Positions 22,151 to 32,360 of a stretch of DNA of 64,000 bases are shown here, one piece after another. The stretch lies in the NCBI GenBank assembly GCA_963796685.1, contig CAWCMR010000015.1, forward strand, positions 320,001 to 384,000. The letters run 5' to 3'. Each line of letters opens with the position of its first letter. The first letter of the stretch is position 1. Origin of the DNA: an uncultured delta proteobacterium (GTDB lineage: Bacteria > Myxococcota_A > Polyangia > Fen-1088). The notes beneath the pieces were generated by a model. It ran no database searches, was not told the origin of the DNA, and saw only the letters and a list, made by a program, of their open reading frames with translations. The position numbers were made by a program, and so were the translations under genes.

Positions 22151-23026
22151 ATGACTTCGCGTTTCCTGCTGACAACGCTGGCCATGGCCCTGCTGACCTC
22201 CGCGGCTTACGCAAAGGTCTGGAAGCACACGCGCGCCGATGGAACCGTGGAGTTCGCCAGCACGCCTCGCGGCGGCAAGGGCTGGGACGCGGTCTCCAAG
22301 TTCGACCGCGCTCGGGCGGCCGATTCCGCGCGAGAGGTGATTTCCCTGCCGCACAGGCACGAAACCAACGTGGTGTGGACACGTGAGCGCGACGACGGGA
22401 CGGTTGAATTCACGAACCTGCAACCCGTGGGCAGGCGATGGAAGGTGCTGTTTCGCCTCGGCCCTGGAAAGGCTTCGGCCGTGCGCGGCTCGTCCGATCT
22501 TGTTCCCGCGCGTGACACTTCGATCGCGCGCTACACACGCTACGACGATCATATTCGCGACCAGCAGGCCTGCTTTGGCATCCCACAGGCGCTGGTTCGC
22601 GCGGTCATCCGCACGGAATCGGATTTCGATCCGAACGTCGTTTCCAGCGCCGGCGCGCAGGGGCTGATGCAATTGATGCCTGCCACCGCGCGCGCCATGG
22701 GGGTGACCAACGTTTGGGATCCACGGCAGAACATCATGGGCGGTTCGCGCTATCTGCAACTTCTCGCGAAGCGCTATTGCCGCACTCCGGCGGTGGGCGG
22801 CTCGGAAGGTCGAAGCGCAAGCTTCGTCTGTTCGTTCGAGGAAGAGATCAAGGTGCTGGCAGGCTATCATGCCGGGCCGGGCGCAGTGGACAAGTATGCC
22901 GGCATGCCGCCTTACGAAACTACACGGTCGTACGTGACCGCTGTACTCCAACGGTTCGAAGAGTATAGAAGGCGAGAAGCGGCGCTCTCGGAGTGGTCCG
23001 GGCCCGTGTCGCTCAAAGCACGGTAA
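22151..23026 (+). CDS. SLT lytic transglycosylase with N-terminal DUF4124-like repeats
   Basis: Signal peptide; AVIRTES, GAQGLMQLMP, A.YHAG, PPYETT..YV. Confidence 0.9.
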   Translation: MTSRFLLTTLAMALLTSAAYAKVWKHTRADGTVEFASTPRGGKGWDAVSKFDRARAADSAREVISLPHRHETNVVWTRERDDGTVEFTNLQPVGRRWKVLFRLGPGKASAVRGSSDLVPARDTSIARYTRYDDHIRDQQACFGIPQALVRAVIRTESDFDPNVVSSAGAQGLMQLMPATARAMGVTNVWDPRQNIMGGSRYLQLLAKRYCRTPAVGGSEGRSASFVCSFEEEIKVLAGYHAGPGAVDKYAGMPPYETTRSYVTAVLQRFEEYRRREAALSEWSGPVSLKAR

Positions 23027-23032
23027 ACTGAC

Positions 23033-24378
23033 GTGGCCGAATCGGATAGCACGGACTCCCCATCTCTCGGTCTCGCGGCGAGCGGAAATGCCGCGCTTGC
23101 CGAGCCTTCGCCGGAGGAGCAAGCCCTGGTGGCGAGGCTTCGTCGTACCAGCGAGCTCGTCACGGAACAGCGGTTGCCGGAAGCCGAGGACGAGCTGCTC
23201 GTCGCGCAGGGCCTGTCGCCGCGCGACTTGCGCGTGCTCAAGCTGCTGGCCCTGGTTCGTTTCAAACTAGGACGGCTGGCGGAATCGCGCCAAGTCTACC
23301 GCGAGGCTTCCGAGATCGCCCCGGACGATCCCACGGTTCGCCTCAACCTCGGGCTGATCGCGCTCAAGCTGGATTCCTTTGCCGAGGCCGCGCTCGACCT
23401 GGAAGCCGCGGTTCGCCTGCAGCCCGACGATCGCCGGGCGTGGAGCTACCTCGGCTATGCCTACGCCCGAAATGCCTCGCCGACCCAGGCCGCCACCGCG
23501 TTCAGGCGCGCTGGCCAGCACGAGTTGGCGGCCGAGATGGAGCGTGCCGCGACGCCGCCCTCGCACGCGCCGCCCGACAGCGCGGTCGTAGAAGGATTGC
23601 CGCTGGCGTCCTCAGCGGAGCGCGCGCGCCCGCTTTCATCGGCCATGGCGACGCCGCGACCGGCGCGGCGTCTCGAAGCCACACCCATGCCGTTGCCTCA
23701 ATCGGATTCGGGCGGCACGAGCTCCGCGGAAATGGTCACACTCGGCACCTTCACCACGGCGCGTTTGCTGACCCTGTCGCCGCCATCCCAGGCGCTCGAG
23801 CTGCTGGGGAACGGTGTGTTGCGCTTCGCAGCCGGTGCGGAAACGCATGTGCGGCAGTCCGCTCTTCTGGTCGCACTCGGTGGGCAGGGTCTGGCGCTCG
23901 CGCACCGCCGAACCCGCGGCCATCTCACTGGTGACACGCTGGCCAGCGACTCTGATCGATTCCTTCGCGTCGAAGGTGGGGGGATCTGCTGCTTTCATCG
24001 ACCGATCCCGAACGCGGGCTGGTGGCCTTGGCCTTGGACCGCGATGTCTTCTACATCGAGGAGAGCCGAGTCGTCGCGTGGGGTGACGAGGTCGTCTGGG
24101 AATCGGGCTCCGTGCCGGGAGACGGGAAGGCGCTGCTGCAGTTCCGTGGCACGGGACGCATCGTGCTGCTGGTCGGCGAAAACGAGCTGGTCGCCGTGCG
24201 CATTGCCGAGGGCGACCGCATGGCCGTGCCCATCGCACGTCTGGTGGGATGGATCGGGCGCGTGGTCGTGCAAGGCCGGCCGACCCGAGATGGGGAAGCC
24301 GCCGTGCCCGGGCTTCACCATGTCACCTGCGAGGGCGAAGGGGTGCTATTGCTGGCGAGACATGGGGAACATCGGTAG
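23033..24378 (+). CDS. TPR protein with C-terminal AIM24-like domain (frameshift near 23980)
   Basis: TPR helices; C-terminal LLQFRGTG and CEGEGVLL region continues in ORF 24022..24378 after a G run. Confidence 0.65.
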
Positions 24379-24967
24379 CCAAATCACCAACCTCCCGAAC
24401 CTCGTAACCATGGGGCGGGTGCTCTTCGTGCCGGGCGTTCTGTACTTCATGGACAACTACAGCCCGGTGCGTAGCTTGGTCGCGGCCATCCTGTACCTCA
24501 TCGCATCGCTGGGCGATGGTATCGACGGTTACCTGGCGCGCAGCCGGGGCCAGGTCAGCGTGCTCGGGAAGTTTCTCGATCCCGTGGCGGACAAGCTGAT
24601 GGTCACCGCGGTCATGGTGTTCATGGTGGCGCTTGGACGCGTACCAGCCTGGCTGGTCGTCGTCCTGATTGCTCGCGATCTGGCCATCACGGGCCTGCGC
24701 AGCATCGCCTCCAGCGAAGGCATCATCATCGCTGCGAGCCGGGGAGGGAAGATCAAGACTGCCCTTCAACTGGTGGGGCTGACCCTGCTGCTCGTCCACT
24801 TTCGCTATCCCTTGCTCGGCCTGGATATGAGCATCGACTACAACACCGCCGGGCTGGTCGTCCTCTATCTCTCCCTCGGCGCTTCGTTGATCTCCGGGGT
24901 GGACTACGTGGTGGGCTTCTTTCGCTCGATCGGCGAGTCCAAGCACGAGGCGCCGCCACCCGCGTGA
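24362..24967 (+). CDS. pgsA: CDP-diacylglycerol--glycerol-3-phosphate 3-phosphatidyltransferase
   Basis: NLPNLVT..R and D..DGYLAR..GQVS.LGKFLDPVADK CDP-alcohol transferase motif. Confidence 0.92.
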   Translation: MGNIGSQITNLPNLVTMGRVLFVPGVLYFMDNYSPVRSLVAAILYLIASLGDGIDGYLARSRGQVSVLGKFLDPVADKLMVTAVMVFMVALGRVPAWLVVVLIARDLAITGLRSIASSEGIIIAASRGGKIKTALQLVGLTLLLVHFRYPLLGLDMSIDYNTAGLVVLYLSLGASLISGVDYVVGFFRSIGESKHEAPPPA

Positions 24968-26286
24968 TCGTACGCACGATCGAGGGCCTGAGAGAGGTGG
25001 CGGGGTTGGCGAGGACCATGTCCCGGCGCCGACTCCCTTGCGCGCTCAAGCTTGGCGAGCCTGGTCAAGATGGTTGCACGATCTTCGCGGCGGATCCCGT
25101 GCGCGTGGTGCGCGGCTCCGACATCGAGGAGCTGGAGGGCGCATGGACCGAAGAGCGGGCGTTGTGGCAGGCCGCGGAAAGGCCCGCCCTTCCCGTAGGC
25201 ATTGGCTGGCTCAGCTACGATTTGGGCCGTCGGCTCGCGAGGATTCGTGGCCTCGCGCGCCCGGACTCGCCGTGGCCGGACATCGAGTTCCGTTTCTACG
25301 ATGCACTGGTTGCCTGCGACGTGTCTTCCGGGCGCGGACACGCCGAAATCTGGGCTCGCGACGAACGGGCGGCGGCGCGGGCCGCCGAGAAGATCCCGGG
25401 ACCAGCGCCGGACTCGAGAGAGGAACCGGAGTCGGCAACCGGCGCGCCTCTGGCGGAGCTGGAGGAGCCGGAACGACATCTGGCGGCGATCGGTCGAGCG
25501 CTCGACTACATCGTGGCGGGCGACATCTATCAAGTGAACCTGGCGCGCAGGTTGGGGTGCGCGCACACGGTACGACTTGGCGAAGCGCCCGGCGTGTCGC
25601 TGTATTTTGCGCTGCAAAGTACGGCACCCGCGCCCTTCGCCATCTGGTTGGCCGACGGCGAAAACGGGACGGCGCTGGTGGGCAACTCCCCTGAGCGCTT
25701 CTTGCGCCGGACCCTTGCGGGTCAGGTCGAGACCTGGCCCATCAAGGGTACGCGGCCTCGGGATCCTTCGGATCCCTCCCATCGCAATGCCGACGAGCTC
25801 TTGGCCAGCGCAAAGGATCGCGCCGAGCACGTGATGATCGTGGATCTGGAACGCAACGACCTCGGCCGGGTCTGCCAAACCGGCAGCGTCCAGGTCGTGG
25901 ATCTCTGTCAGGTGCTCACCTTGCCGACGGTGCACCACTTGGTGACCAAGGTGCGTGGGCAATTGCGGCCCGAGATTGGCTTGGCCGAGCTCCTACGGGC
26001 GACATTCCCCGGTGGCTCGGTGACCGGGGCGCCCAAGCTTCGAGCCATGGAGATCATCGAGGAGCTGGAACCTGCCCCGCGCGGACCCTACACTGGCGCA
26101 ACCGGCTGGTTGGGCGCCGCGGGCGACCTCGATCTCGCCGTCGCCATTCGGACCGCGCTCATTCGCGACCAACGCCTGACCCTGTGGGTGGGCGGTGGCA
26201 TCGTGGCGGATTCGCAGCCGTCCGCCGAGCTGGCCGAGACCTGGGACAAGGCCCAGGCTTTCAGCCGCGCGCTTGCCCGGGGTTGA
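24964..26286 (+). CDS. aminodeoxychorismate synthase / anthranilate synthase component I family
   Basis: GDIYQVNL, SPERFL, PIKGTRPR, MIVDLERNDL, FPGGSVTGAPK, IRT. Confidence 0.9.
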   Translation: MIVRTIEGLREVAGLARTMSRRRLPCALKLGEPGQDGCTIFAADPVRVVRGSDIEELEGAWTEERALWQAAERPALPVGIGWLSYDLGRRLARIRGLARPDSPWPDIEFRFYDALVACDVSSGRGHAEIWARDERAAARAAEKIPGPAPDSREEPESATGAPLAELEEPERHLAAIGRALDYIVAGDIYQVNLARRLGCAHTVRLGEAPGVSLYFALQSTAPAPFAIWLADGENGTALVGNSPERFLRRTLAGQVETWPIKGTRPRDPSDPSHRNADELLASAKDRAEHVMIVDLERNDLGRVCQTGSVQVVDLCQVLTLPTVHHLVTKVRGQLRPEIGLAELLRATFPGGSVTGAPKLRAMEIIEELEPAPRGPYTGATGWLGAAGDLDLAVAIRTALIRDQRLTLWVGGGIVADSQPSAELAETWDKAQAFSRALARG

Positions 26287-27106
26287 TTTCCGCGCGCAGG
26301 TCGGCAATGACCTCCAGTGCCTGGGCGTGAACCAGGCCGTTGGAGGCGACCAGGCCGCGTGGGTTGTGCAAGGACAGGTTGGTGTAGCAAAGGGGATGGC
26401 CGTCGCTGTCGGTGATGGTGCCGCCGGCCGCGGTGAGAATCGCCTCGGGGCCGCAACTATCCCAGATCTTGGTCTGGCTGCCGGGGTAGACGTAGAGATC
26501 GCGGGTGCCTTCCGCTACCAACGCCACCTTGAGCCCAACGCTGCCCAAGGCGATTTCGTCGGTGATGCCGAGGGCTCGGCGAAATCGTTCGTAGTATTCC
26601 GTCCGGTGCGACTTCGACGAAACCAGTCGGATACGCTTCGGCTCCGCAATCTTGGAAACCCGAAGTGCTTCGCGACTTCCATCCGCGCCCAGCTTCCAGG
26701 CGCCCATCCCCGGGGCGCCCATCCAGACCATGCCGGTCACGGGCTGCGCGACCACGCCCACCGCGGGGCGTCCCTCGACGCAAAGGCCGATCATGACGAC
26801 GTAGCCCGGTTCGCCGCGCAGAAAGTCGCGCGTACCGTCGATGGGGTCGACCATCCAGACGCGCGAGCTCTCGAGTCGGGAAGGCTCGTCCGGCACTTCC
26901 TCGGAGAGGATGGCGTCGTCGGGAAAAGCCCCGGCCAGGCGACGGACGATGAGGGCGCTCGACTCGAGATCGGCCAGGGAAACCGGCTCGCCACCGGCCT
27001 TGTGCTCGACACCGAGAGGTCGACCTTTGAAGCTGGCGACGACGGCTGTTGCCTCGAGCGCCACGGTGCGTGCGATGTCTAGCTCTCGTGAAAAGTCCTT
27101 CGCCAT
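26261..27106 (-). CDS. cysQ: 3'(2'),5'-bisphosphate nucleotidase (inositol monophosphatase family)
   Basis: ILSEE, WMVDPIDGT, SKSH, WDSCGPEAIL. Confidence 0.85.
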   Translation of the reverse strand: MAKDFSRELDIARTVALEATAVVASFKGRPLGVEHKAGGEPVSLADLESSALIVRRLAGAFPDDAILSEEVPDEPSRLESSRVWMVDPIDGTRDFLRGEPGYVVMIGLCVEGRPAVGVVAQPVTGMVWMGAPGMGAWKLGADGSREALRVSKIAEPKRIRLVSSKSHRTEYYERFRRALGITDEIALGSVGLKVALVAEGTRDLYVYPGSQTKIWDSCGPEAILTAAGGTITDSDGHPLCYTNLSLHNPRGLVASNGLVHAQALEVIADLRAEINPGQARG

Positions 27107-27152
27107 TCGCGCCAACCATAGCAGGTGGAATCCGTGATGCGCGGGCTACCCT

Positions 27153-28421
27153 TCATTCTTGTCCCTTGTCCGCTGCAGCGAGATCGCGGACCAGCGCGTG
27201 CCGGCCCACGATCAGAATGATCCCGGACAGACCCACCATGAGCCCGGTCACCAAGACCGGGATGCGCAAGCCGATGGCGTCGGAGGCGGCGCCGATCAGA
27301 AACGGCGAGCTGGCGTCGCCGAATAGGTGGATGGTGGTGGTGTGCAGTCCCACGCCACGCGCTCGTGCGTTGCCGGGGAGAACATTGACCATGGCCGCGT
27401 TGAGCGGGCCGTAGTTGAGAAAGAGGCAGAACAGGGTGGCACCCATGGCGGGCCAGTAGATCGTGGGGTTGGGTGAAAGCACGGCCAAGACCGTGAACGG
27501 GATGGCCGCGAGGAGGGTGATGCCGGAGAAGGTGAAATGGGCGCCGCGGTACCTCTGCGCAAGACGGTCTCCGACAGGGCCGCCGAGCAAGGTCCCGACA
27601 AACCCGGTGCCGAGCAGAAGGGCGCCGAAGATGGTGCTGGCCTGGGCGACGCCGAGATGACGTTCGCGCACGAAGTAGGTCGGCATCCAGACGCCAAGGC
27701 CGCCCATGGTGAAGCTGTAGATGGTTTGCGCCGCGACGTTGAAGAAGTAGCTCGGCCGCCCGCGGAGGATGCGCAGAAACGCGGCCAAGGGGAGTTTCTG
27801 TGCCCGCTCCGAGGCTTTGTCGAAACGTCCGCGAGGCGGATCGCGAAGAAAGAAGAGGGCGAGCGCGCAGAGCAGGCCTGGTCCACCCGCGACGAAGAAG
27901 GCCGGGCGCCAACCATGACGGGCGCCGATCTGTCCACCCAGTAAATAGCCGAGGAAGATTCCAAAGGGCATGGCCGCATAGAAAATCGACAGGGCGCGGC
28001 CCCGTCGCGACGGAGGGTAATGGTCCGACAAAAGGGACGGCGTGACCACCGTGTAGGTGGCTTCTCCGATTCCAACTATGGCGCGGGCCAAGAGCAGCCA
28101 CGCAAACGTGGAGGCGAGCCCCGAGGCGAAGGTGGCGATGCTCCATAGGGCGACGCCCAAAGCCGCGATGCGCAGGCGCGACACGCGGTCGCCCAACCAT
28201 CCGGCCACCGGGCAGACCAGGGCATACACCAGGATAAAGGCCGACTGCAGCGAGCCCGCTTGCCGGTCGCTCAGGGCTAGTCCGACGATGATGAGCGGGA
28301 GCAGGGGTGAAAGGAGAAAGCGGTCGAGGTAGTTGAGGGCGTTGATTCCCGTAAGGACGCTCAGCGTAATCGCCGGCCGCGCGGAACCCGGATCCTTGTG
28401 CAACGAGGACACGTCTGCCAT
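27153..28421 (-). CDS. MFS transporter (spinster-like)
   Basis: NALNYLDR, GWLGDR.SR, GIGEA, about 12 TMs. Confidence 0.9.
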   Translation of the reverse strand: MADVSSLHKDPGSARPAITLSVLTGINALNYLDRFLLSPLLPLIIVGLALSDRQAGSLQSAFILVYALVCPVAGWLGDRVSRLRIAALGVALWSIATFASGLASTFAWLLLARAIVGIGEATYTVVTPSLLSDHYPPSRRGRALSIFYAAMPFGIFLGYLLGGQIGARHGWRPAFFVAGGPGLLCALALFFLRDPPRGRFDKASERAQKLPLAAFLRILRGRPSYFFNVAAQTIYSFTMGGLGVWMPTYFVRERHLGVAQASTIFGALLLGTGFVGTLLGGPVGDRLAQRYRGAHFTFSGITLLAAIPFTVLAVLSPNPTIYWPAMGATLFCLFLNYGPLNAAMVNVLPGNARARGVGLHTTTIHLFGDASSPFLIGAASDAIGLRIPVLVTGLMVGLSGIILIVGRHALVRDLAAADKGQE

Positions 28422-28460
28422 GGGTACCACGAAACCCACAGTCGGGGTAAAGTGCGTTCC

Positions 28461-28922
28461 ATGAGTACCCTAAAAGAAATCCTGTCACGTCCAGGCTCGC
28501 GTCCCCAGGTGATTCGCGATTGCGAGCAGATCATCAACGAAGAGGTCTCCTCGAAGGGCCTGACCGGCATCCCCATCAAGGCGGCGCACGCGGTGGTCAA
28601 GGCCATCAAGCCCGGCTTCATTCCCGAGGTGATCGACGGTCTTCTCGATGACTTCGCCGATCGACTCGATCCGCTTTACCAAGCTGCCAAAGCCAAGAAC
28701 GAACCGGTCACCGCGTATTTTGGCGCGCACTCCGGCGAGGCCGCCGAAGCGCTGCTGGGTATCACCGACCAGCGCGCGCAGCGTGCGAAGAACCAGGTGG
28801 TCAAGACTGCCTACGAAAAGCTGCGCCCCATGGCCAAGAAGCATACGGAGGCGGCCATCCCGCGGGTGGCCAAGATGATCGCCAAGCACGACGCCGCTTC
28901 CGCCGCGGCCCCGACTGCTTGA
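28461..28922 (+). CDS. conserved hypothetical protein (DUF6918-like)
   Basis: GLTGIPIKAAHAVVKAIKPGFI and EALLGITD.RA pattern; family name from memory. Confidence 0.7.
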   Translation: MSTLKEILSRPGSRPQVIRDCEQIINEEVSSKGLTGIPIKAAHAVVKAIKPGFIPEVIDGLLDDFADRLDPLYQAAKAKNEPVTAYFGAHSGEAAEALLGITDQRAQRAKNQVVKTAYEKLRPMAKKHTEAAIPRVAKMIAKHDAASAAAPTA

Positions 28923-28934
28923 CCGCCGATCCCT

Positions 28935-29453
28935 TCAGCGGTCAAACTCGGGAGGCAGGGCGATGCCGCGCACGTGCTCGATGAAGTGCCGCGGCGGAAG
29001 GAACAGCAGCATCAGCCGTCCAAGGGTGATGATCTCTCCGCCTTGCAACACGCACGGGGTCAGCTTGCCGATGTCGACTTCGTTGACCAGGGTTCCGTTG
29101 GCCGAGCCCCAATCGGTGATTCGGTAGCTGCCTTCGACGCTGGCGATGAAGCAGTGTTTGCGCGAGACCGAGTACTCGGGGATGACCACGTCGTTCTCCG
29201 AGGTTCGGCCGATGGTGATGGGCCCCTTGGGCGAGTCGCGGCCCTTCACCAAGGGGAAGACGCGGCCCGAGATCCGTCCGCGCTCGAGGACGCTGTCCGC
29301 CAGGTTGATGATGCTGGTACCGGAGCCGCGGTTGTCCTCGAGATCGCCGGCCATTCCGAGGGCCGCCAGAAAGGGCCACGGGTAGAGGCGCTTGAAGGCG
29401 TCTGCCCCGACCTCTCGAAACTGTTCGGCGAATTGCTCTAGGTACGAAAACAC
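28935..29453 (-). CDS. FHA domain protein
   Basis: IGR..ENDV...SVSRKH..DWGSANGT. Confidence 0.85.
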   Translation of the reverse strand: MFSYLEQFAEQFREVGADAFKRLYPWPFLAALGMAGDLEDNRGSGTSIINLADSVLERGRISGRVFPLVKGRDSPKGPITIGRTSENDVVIPEYSVSRKHCFIASVEGSYRITDWGSANGTLVNEVDIGKLTPCVLQGGEIITLGRLMLLFLPPRHFIEHVRGIALPPEFDR

Positions 29454-29484
29454 CCTGTCCTCTCCCTTGGGTTGCCTCGGAACG

Positions 29485-30678
29485 CTAAACCAAAGACGAA
29501 TAGAATCCGAGCCAGGTCCTGAGCGTCTGCTGATCGGCTGCGAAAAGGCGCGCCTCCATACGGTGCAGGGTTCCTTCGGTGGCGCAGTGGACGATGACCC
29601 CCAGAACCTCGAGGGGGCCCTTGGGCGCCTCCACGCGCAAGCGCACCATGCTGTTCTCGCGTAGCTTGCTTGCGCCCGTGAACCCGACGCCATCCTTGGC
29701 GAAGTACAAGGACTCGTAGTCCGCGTTGCCGGTGGATCGCAGCACCTGCAGCTTGTAGCTCGCCTGCTTGGTCGGTTCGCCGAGCATCGAATGGGGCGCG
29801 AGCACGCGGCTCCCGACGCGGAAAATACCGGTGTCCTTGCCCGGCGTCGTCTCGTCCAGCGAGGCAACTGCGGTGGCAATCTTGGGCAGCACCGTCATGA
29901 TGTACTCGGGCTCGCCAGGTAGGAGCACGCGCAGCGCCGCCAGGCTTTCGCTGGTGGGGCTGGGCTCGGCGTCCAGCAGGGCGGCGATGGCATCGCACGC
30001 GTTGATGATGTCGATCATGCTGCGATGGTCGCGATCGGATTCGGGGTTGTGATGGGAGCTGATCACGCCGATCAGCATCGGCGGCAGGTTCCAGCGCGCG
30101 GCCGTGACCAGCCCAAGCTCGACGTGAAATCGATCGACGCAAGCGGCCCAGGTGGCTTCGGGCAGAACGCGTGCGTCGCGCGTGCGCGCGATGACCTCCT
30201 CGAAGCACGCTGTCGCCACCACCTGGCCGAAGTCGTGAAGCAACCCGCAGATGAACGCCTCCTCGGGGTTGTTCTTGCGCCAGTAGGCAAGCGCGCGACA
30301 CAGCATCGCGCTGGTCATCGCCAACCGCCAATAGCGCCTGCGCAGCGAGGAGAGGCAGCCGGTCACGATGGCGTGCGCGCCCACGCTGGTGGCGATGGCG
30401 ATCTTGCAAACCTCGTTGGCGCCGATGCGCGTGATGGCCGCCTCCAAGGTCGAGGTGGGCGTGACCCCGCGAAATGCGGCCGAGTTGGCGTAACGCAGGA
30501 TGGTCGCAGCCAACACCGGATCCCCCCCGATCACGCGCTGCAAGTCGCCCATGCCGAAGTCTTCCTCACCGACCAGTCGTTGCAACCGCATGGCCACCAC
30601 GGGGTAGGGCGGCACGTTGACGTTGTCTCGTTTGATGAGGTCGACGACCAGGGCCTCGAGATCTTTCGCGTCGTCCAC
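29485..30678 (-). CDS. HDOD domain protein
   Basis: DPVLAATILRYANSA, AFICGLLHDFGQ, W.LP, SHH. Confidence 0.9.
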   Translation of the reverse strand: MDDAKDLEALVVDLIKRDNVNVPPYPVVAMRLQRLVGEEDFGMGDLQRVIGGDPVLAATILRYANSAAFRGVTPTSTLEAAITRIGANEVCKIAIATSVGAHAIVTGCLSSLRRRYWRLAMTSAMLCRALAYWRKNNPEEAFICGLLHDFGQVVATACFEEVIARTRDARVLPEATWAACVDRFHVELGLVTAARWNLPPMLIGVISSHHNPESDRDHRSMIDIINACDAIAALLDAEPSPTSESLAALRVLLPGEPEYIMTVLPKIATAVASLDETTPGKDTGIFRVGSRVLAPHSMLGEPTKQASYKLQVLRSTGNADYESLYFAKDGVGFTGASKLRENSMVRLRVEAPKGPLEVLGVIVHCATEGTLHRMEARLFAADQQTLRTWLGFYSSLV

Positions 30679-30795
30679 CGAGGTAGTCTATATCCGGAGC
30701 GGGCACATGGGTAGTCTTCCCGCACCAGGCGGACGAATCCACGACCGTCGGGAAGTTGCCGGTGCGAAGGGATGCGGTGGATTGACCGGATCGCC

Positions 30796-32007
30796 TTACA
30801 GATCGACCTTGACGAATCCCTTGCACGGCTTGGCGAAGAGGTAGCCTTGCAGCAGATCCACGCCGAGCTCGATCAGGGTATCCCGTTCGGCGATGGTTTC
30901 CACGCCTTCGGCCACCACGTGCATCTCCATCTCGGCGAACAGGGCGGTCATGGCCTGGATGACCTTGCGGCGGGTGGGCGAGCTGTCCACGCCGCGCACC
31001 AGGGACATGTCGTACTTGACCACCTCGGGTTGCAAGGGCGCGAAGCTTGCGAGGCCGGAGTAGCCCGCGCCGAGGTCGTCGAGGGCGATGCGGAATCCGA
31101 GGTGGCGTAGTTGGTCGATCCTGGTCTCGATGTCGTTCACCGAGGCCAAAGAGGCTCGCTCCGTCACTTCCAGCACCACGCGCTTGGCGACCTTCGACAG
31201 CGGGGATTCCGGGGAGTAGAGGTGGTCGTCGAGCAGGTCGTGGCTGTGCAGATTGACGAACACGAACTGGCTGGGAGCACTTGGGACGTCCGCGGCGACG
31301 TGATCGCGGACGATTCGACCGAGCTCCGCGACGCGATCGAGGCGTTCGGCCGCGGACAACAGGGCGCAAGGATTGGAGAGCTTGGGCTCCGTGCTGCGCA
31401 GCAGTGCCTCGTAGGCCAGGATACGTCGCCGCTTCCAGGACACGACCGGTTGGTAGGCCATCCAGACCGATTGCAGGGCGCGCTCGAATATCATGGTGAG
31501 GCTGGCGCGGTCTTCGGCCGGGCTCCAGGCCTCGCCTGCCGAGGAGATGGCCATGCGGCGAAGCATGGCCAGTCGGTGCATCTGCGCGCAGTAGATGACG
31601 GTGTCCTGCAGCTCGGAGGGCGTCAGCGGCTTGAGTAGATAGCGGAAGGCGGAGTGCTCGACGGCCGCGACGGCGGTATCGAGCCTTGGCGTGCCGGTGA
31701 TGAGTACCACGGGCATGTCCGCATCACGCTGGTGGGCGGCTTGCAAGACCCCGACGCCGTCGACGCAGGGAAGGGTGATGTCGGACACCACGGCATCGTA
31801 GGTGCCCGAGAGCAACAGGTTGACCGCGGTTTCGCCGTTGTCGGCCGAGTCCACCTCGAACCCTACCGCGCGCAGCGCGCGGGAATAGGCCCGGAGTTGC
31901 AGTTGGTCATCTTCGGCCACAAGAACCCTGGAACCACTTGGTGCCACCCGCACCTCGGGGGCCGGTGTGTCGGTGAACGAGGATAAGGGGACGGCGATAG
32001 GGGACAT
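30796..32007 (-). CDS. REC-EAL response regulator (c-di-GMP phosphodiesterase)
   Basis: N-terminal receiver; EAL, FVNL, EVTE, DDLGAGYS, K.D, EGVE and QGY motifs. Confidence 0.92.
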   Translation of the reverse strand: MSPIAVPLSSFTDTPAPEVRVAPSGSRVLVAEDDQLQLRAYSRALRAVGFEVDSADNGETAVNLLLSGTYDAVVSDITLPCVDGVGVLQAAHQRDADMPVVLITGTPRLDTAVAAVEHSAFRYLLKPLTPSELQDTVIYCAQMHRLAMLRRMAISSAGEAWSPAEDRASLTMIFERALQSVWMAYQPVVSWKRRRILAYEALLRSTEPKLSNPCALLSAAERLDRVAELGRIVRDHVAADVPSAPSQFVFVNLHSHDLLDDHLYSPESPLSKVAKRVVLEVTERASLASVNDIETRIDQLRHLGFRIALDDLGAGYSGLASFAPLQPEVVKYDMSLVRGVDSSPTRRKVIQAMTALFAEMEMHVVAEGVETIAERDTLIELGVDLLQGYLFAKPCKGFVKVDL

Positions 32008-32360
32008 GGTTTCAAGCTACGCAAGCCCCGTGCCTGCGCAGGGTCGGAAAGAGCGATGGGCGAAACTTCTGGTGTTTTCGTCGGTGCGGAGCTTCCCGCG
32101 AGCCCTGTCCGCGCCTCTTCGTCGCGTTTCCGTCGTACCGGTCTTGACAGGCCGTCGGAGAACCGACGACCGGCAAGGGAGGGGTCGGCACAACATGGAT
32201 ACCTTCCGGCGCATGTCAGGAGATTGTCGATCACCGTCAGGACGCACCGTTGCCAATGCGACAGTGGACGCACGAAACGATGATTTTGCGCGGGATATTT
32301 CCGGCCCAGGTCTTGCTGTCAACCCAGCTGGCAACCATGACTGGCGCGGAGTATCGACTG

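Noticed and set aside
23033-24967. TPR-PgsA fusion protein (644 aa ORF)
   Set aside because: Artefact of a frameshift near 23980; the TPR gene ends at 24378 in another frame and pgsA has its own ATG at 24362
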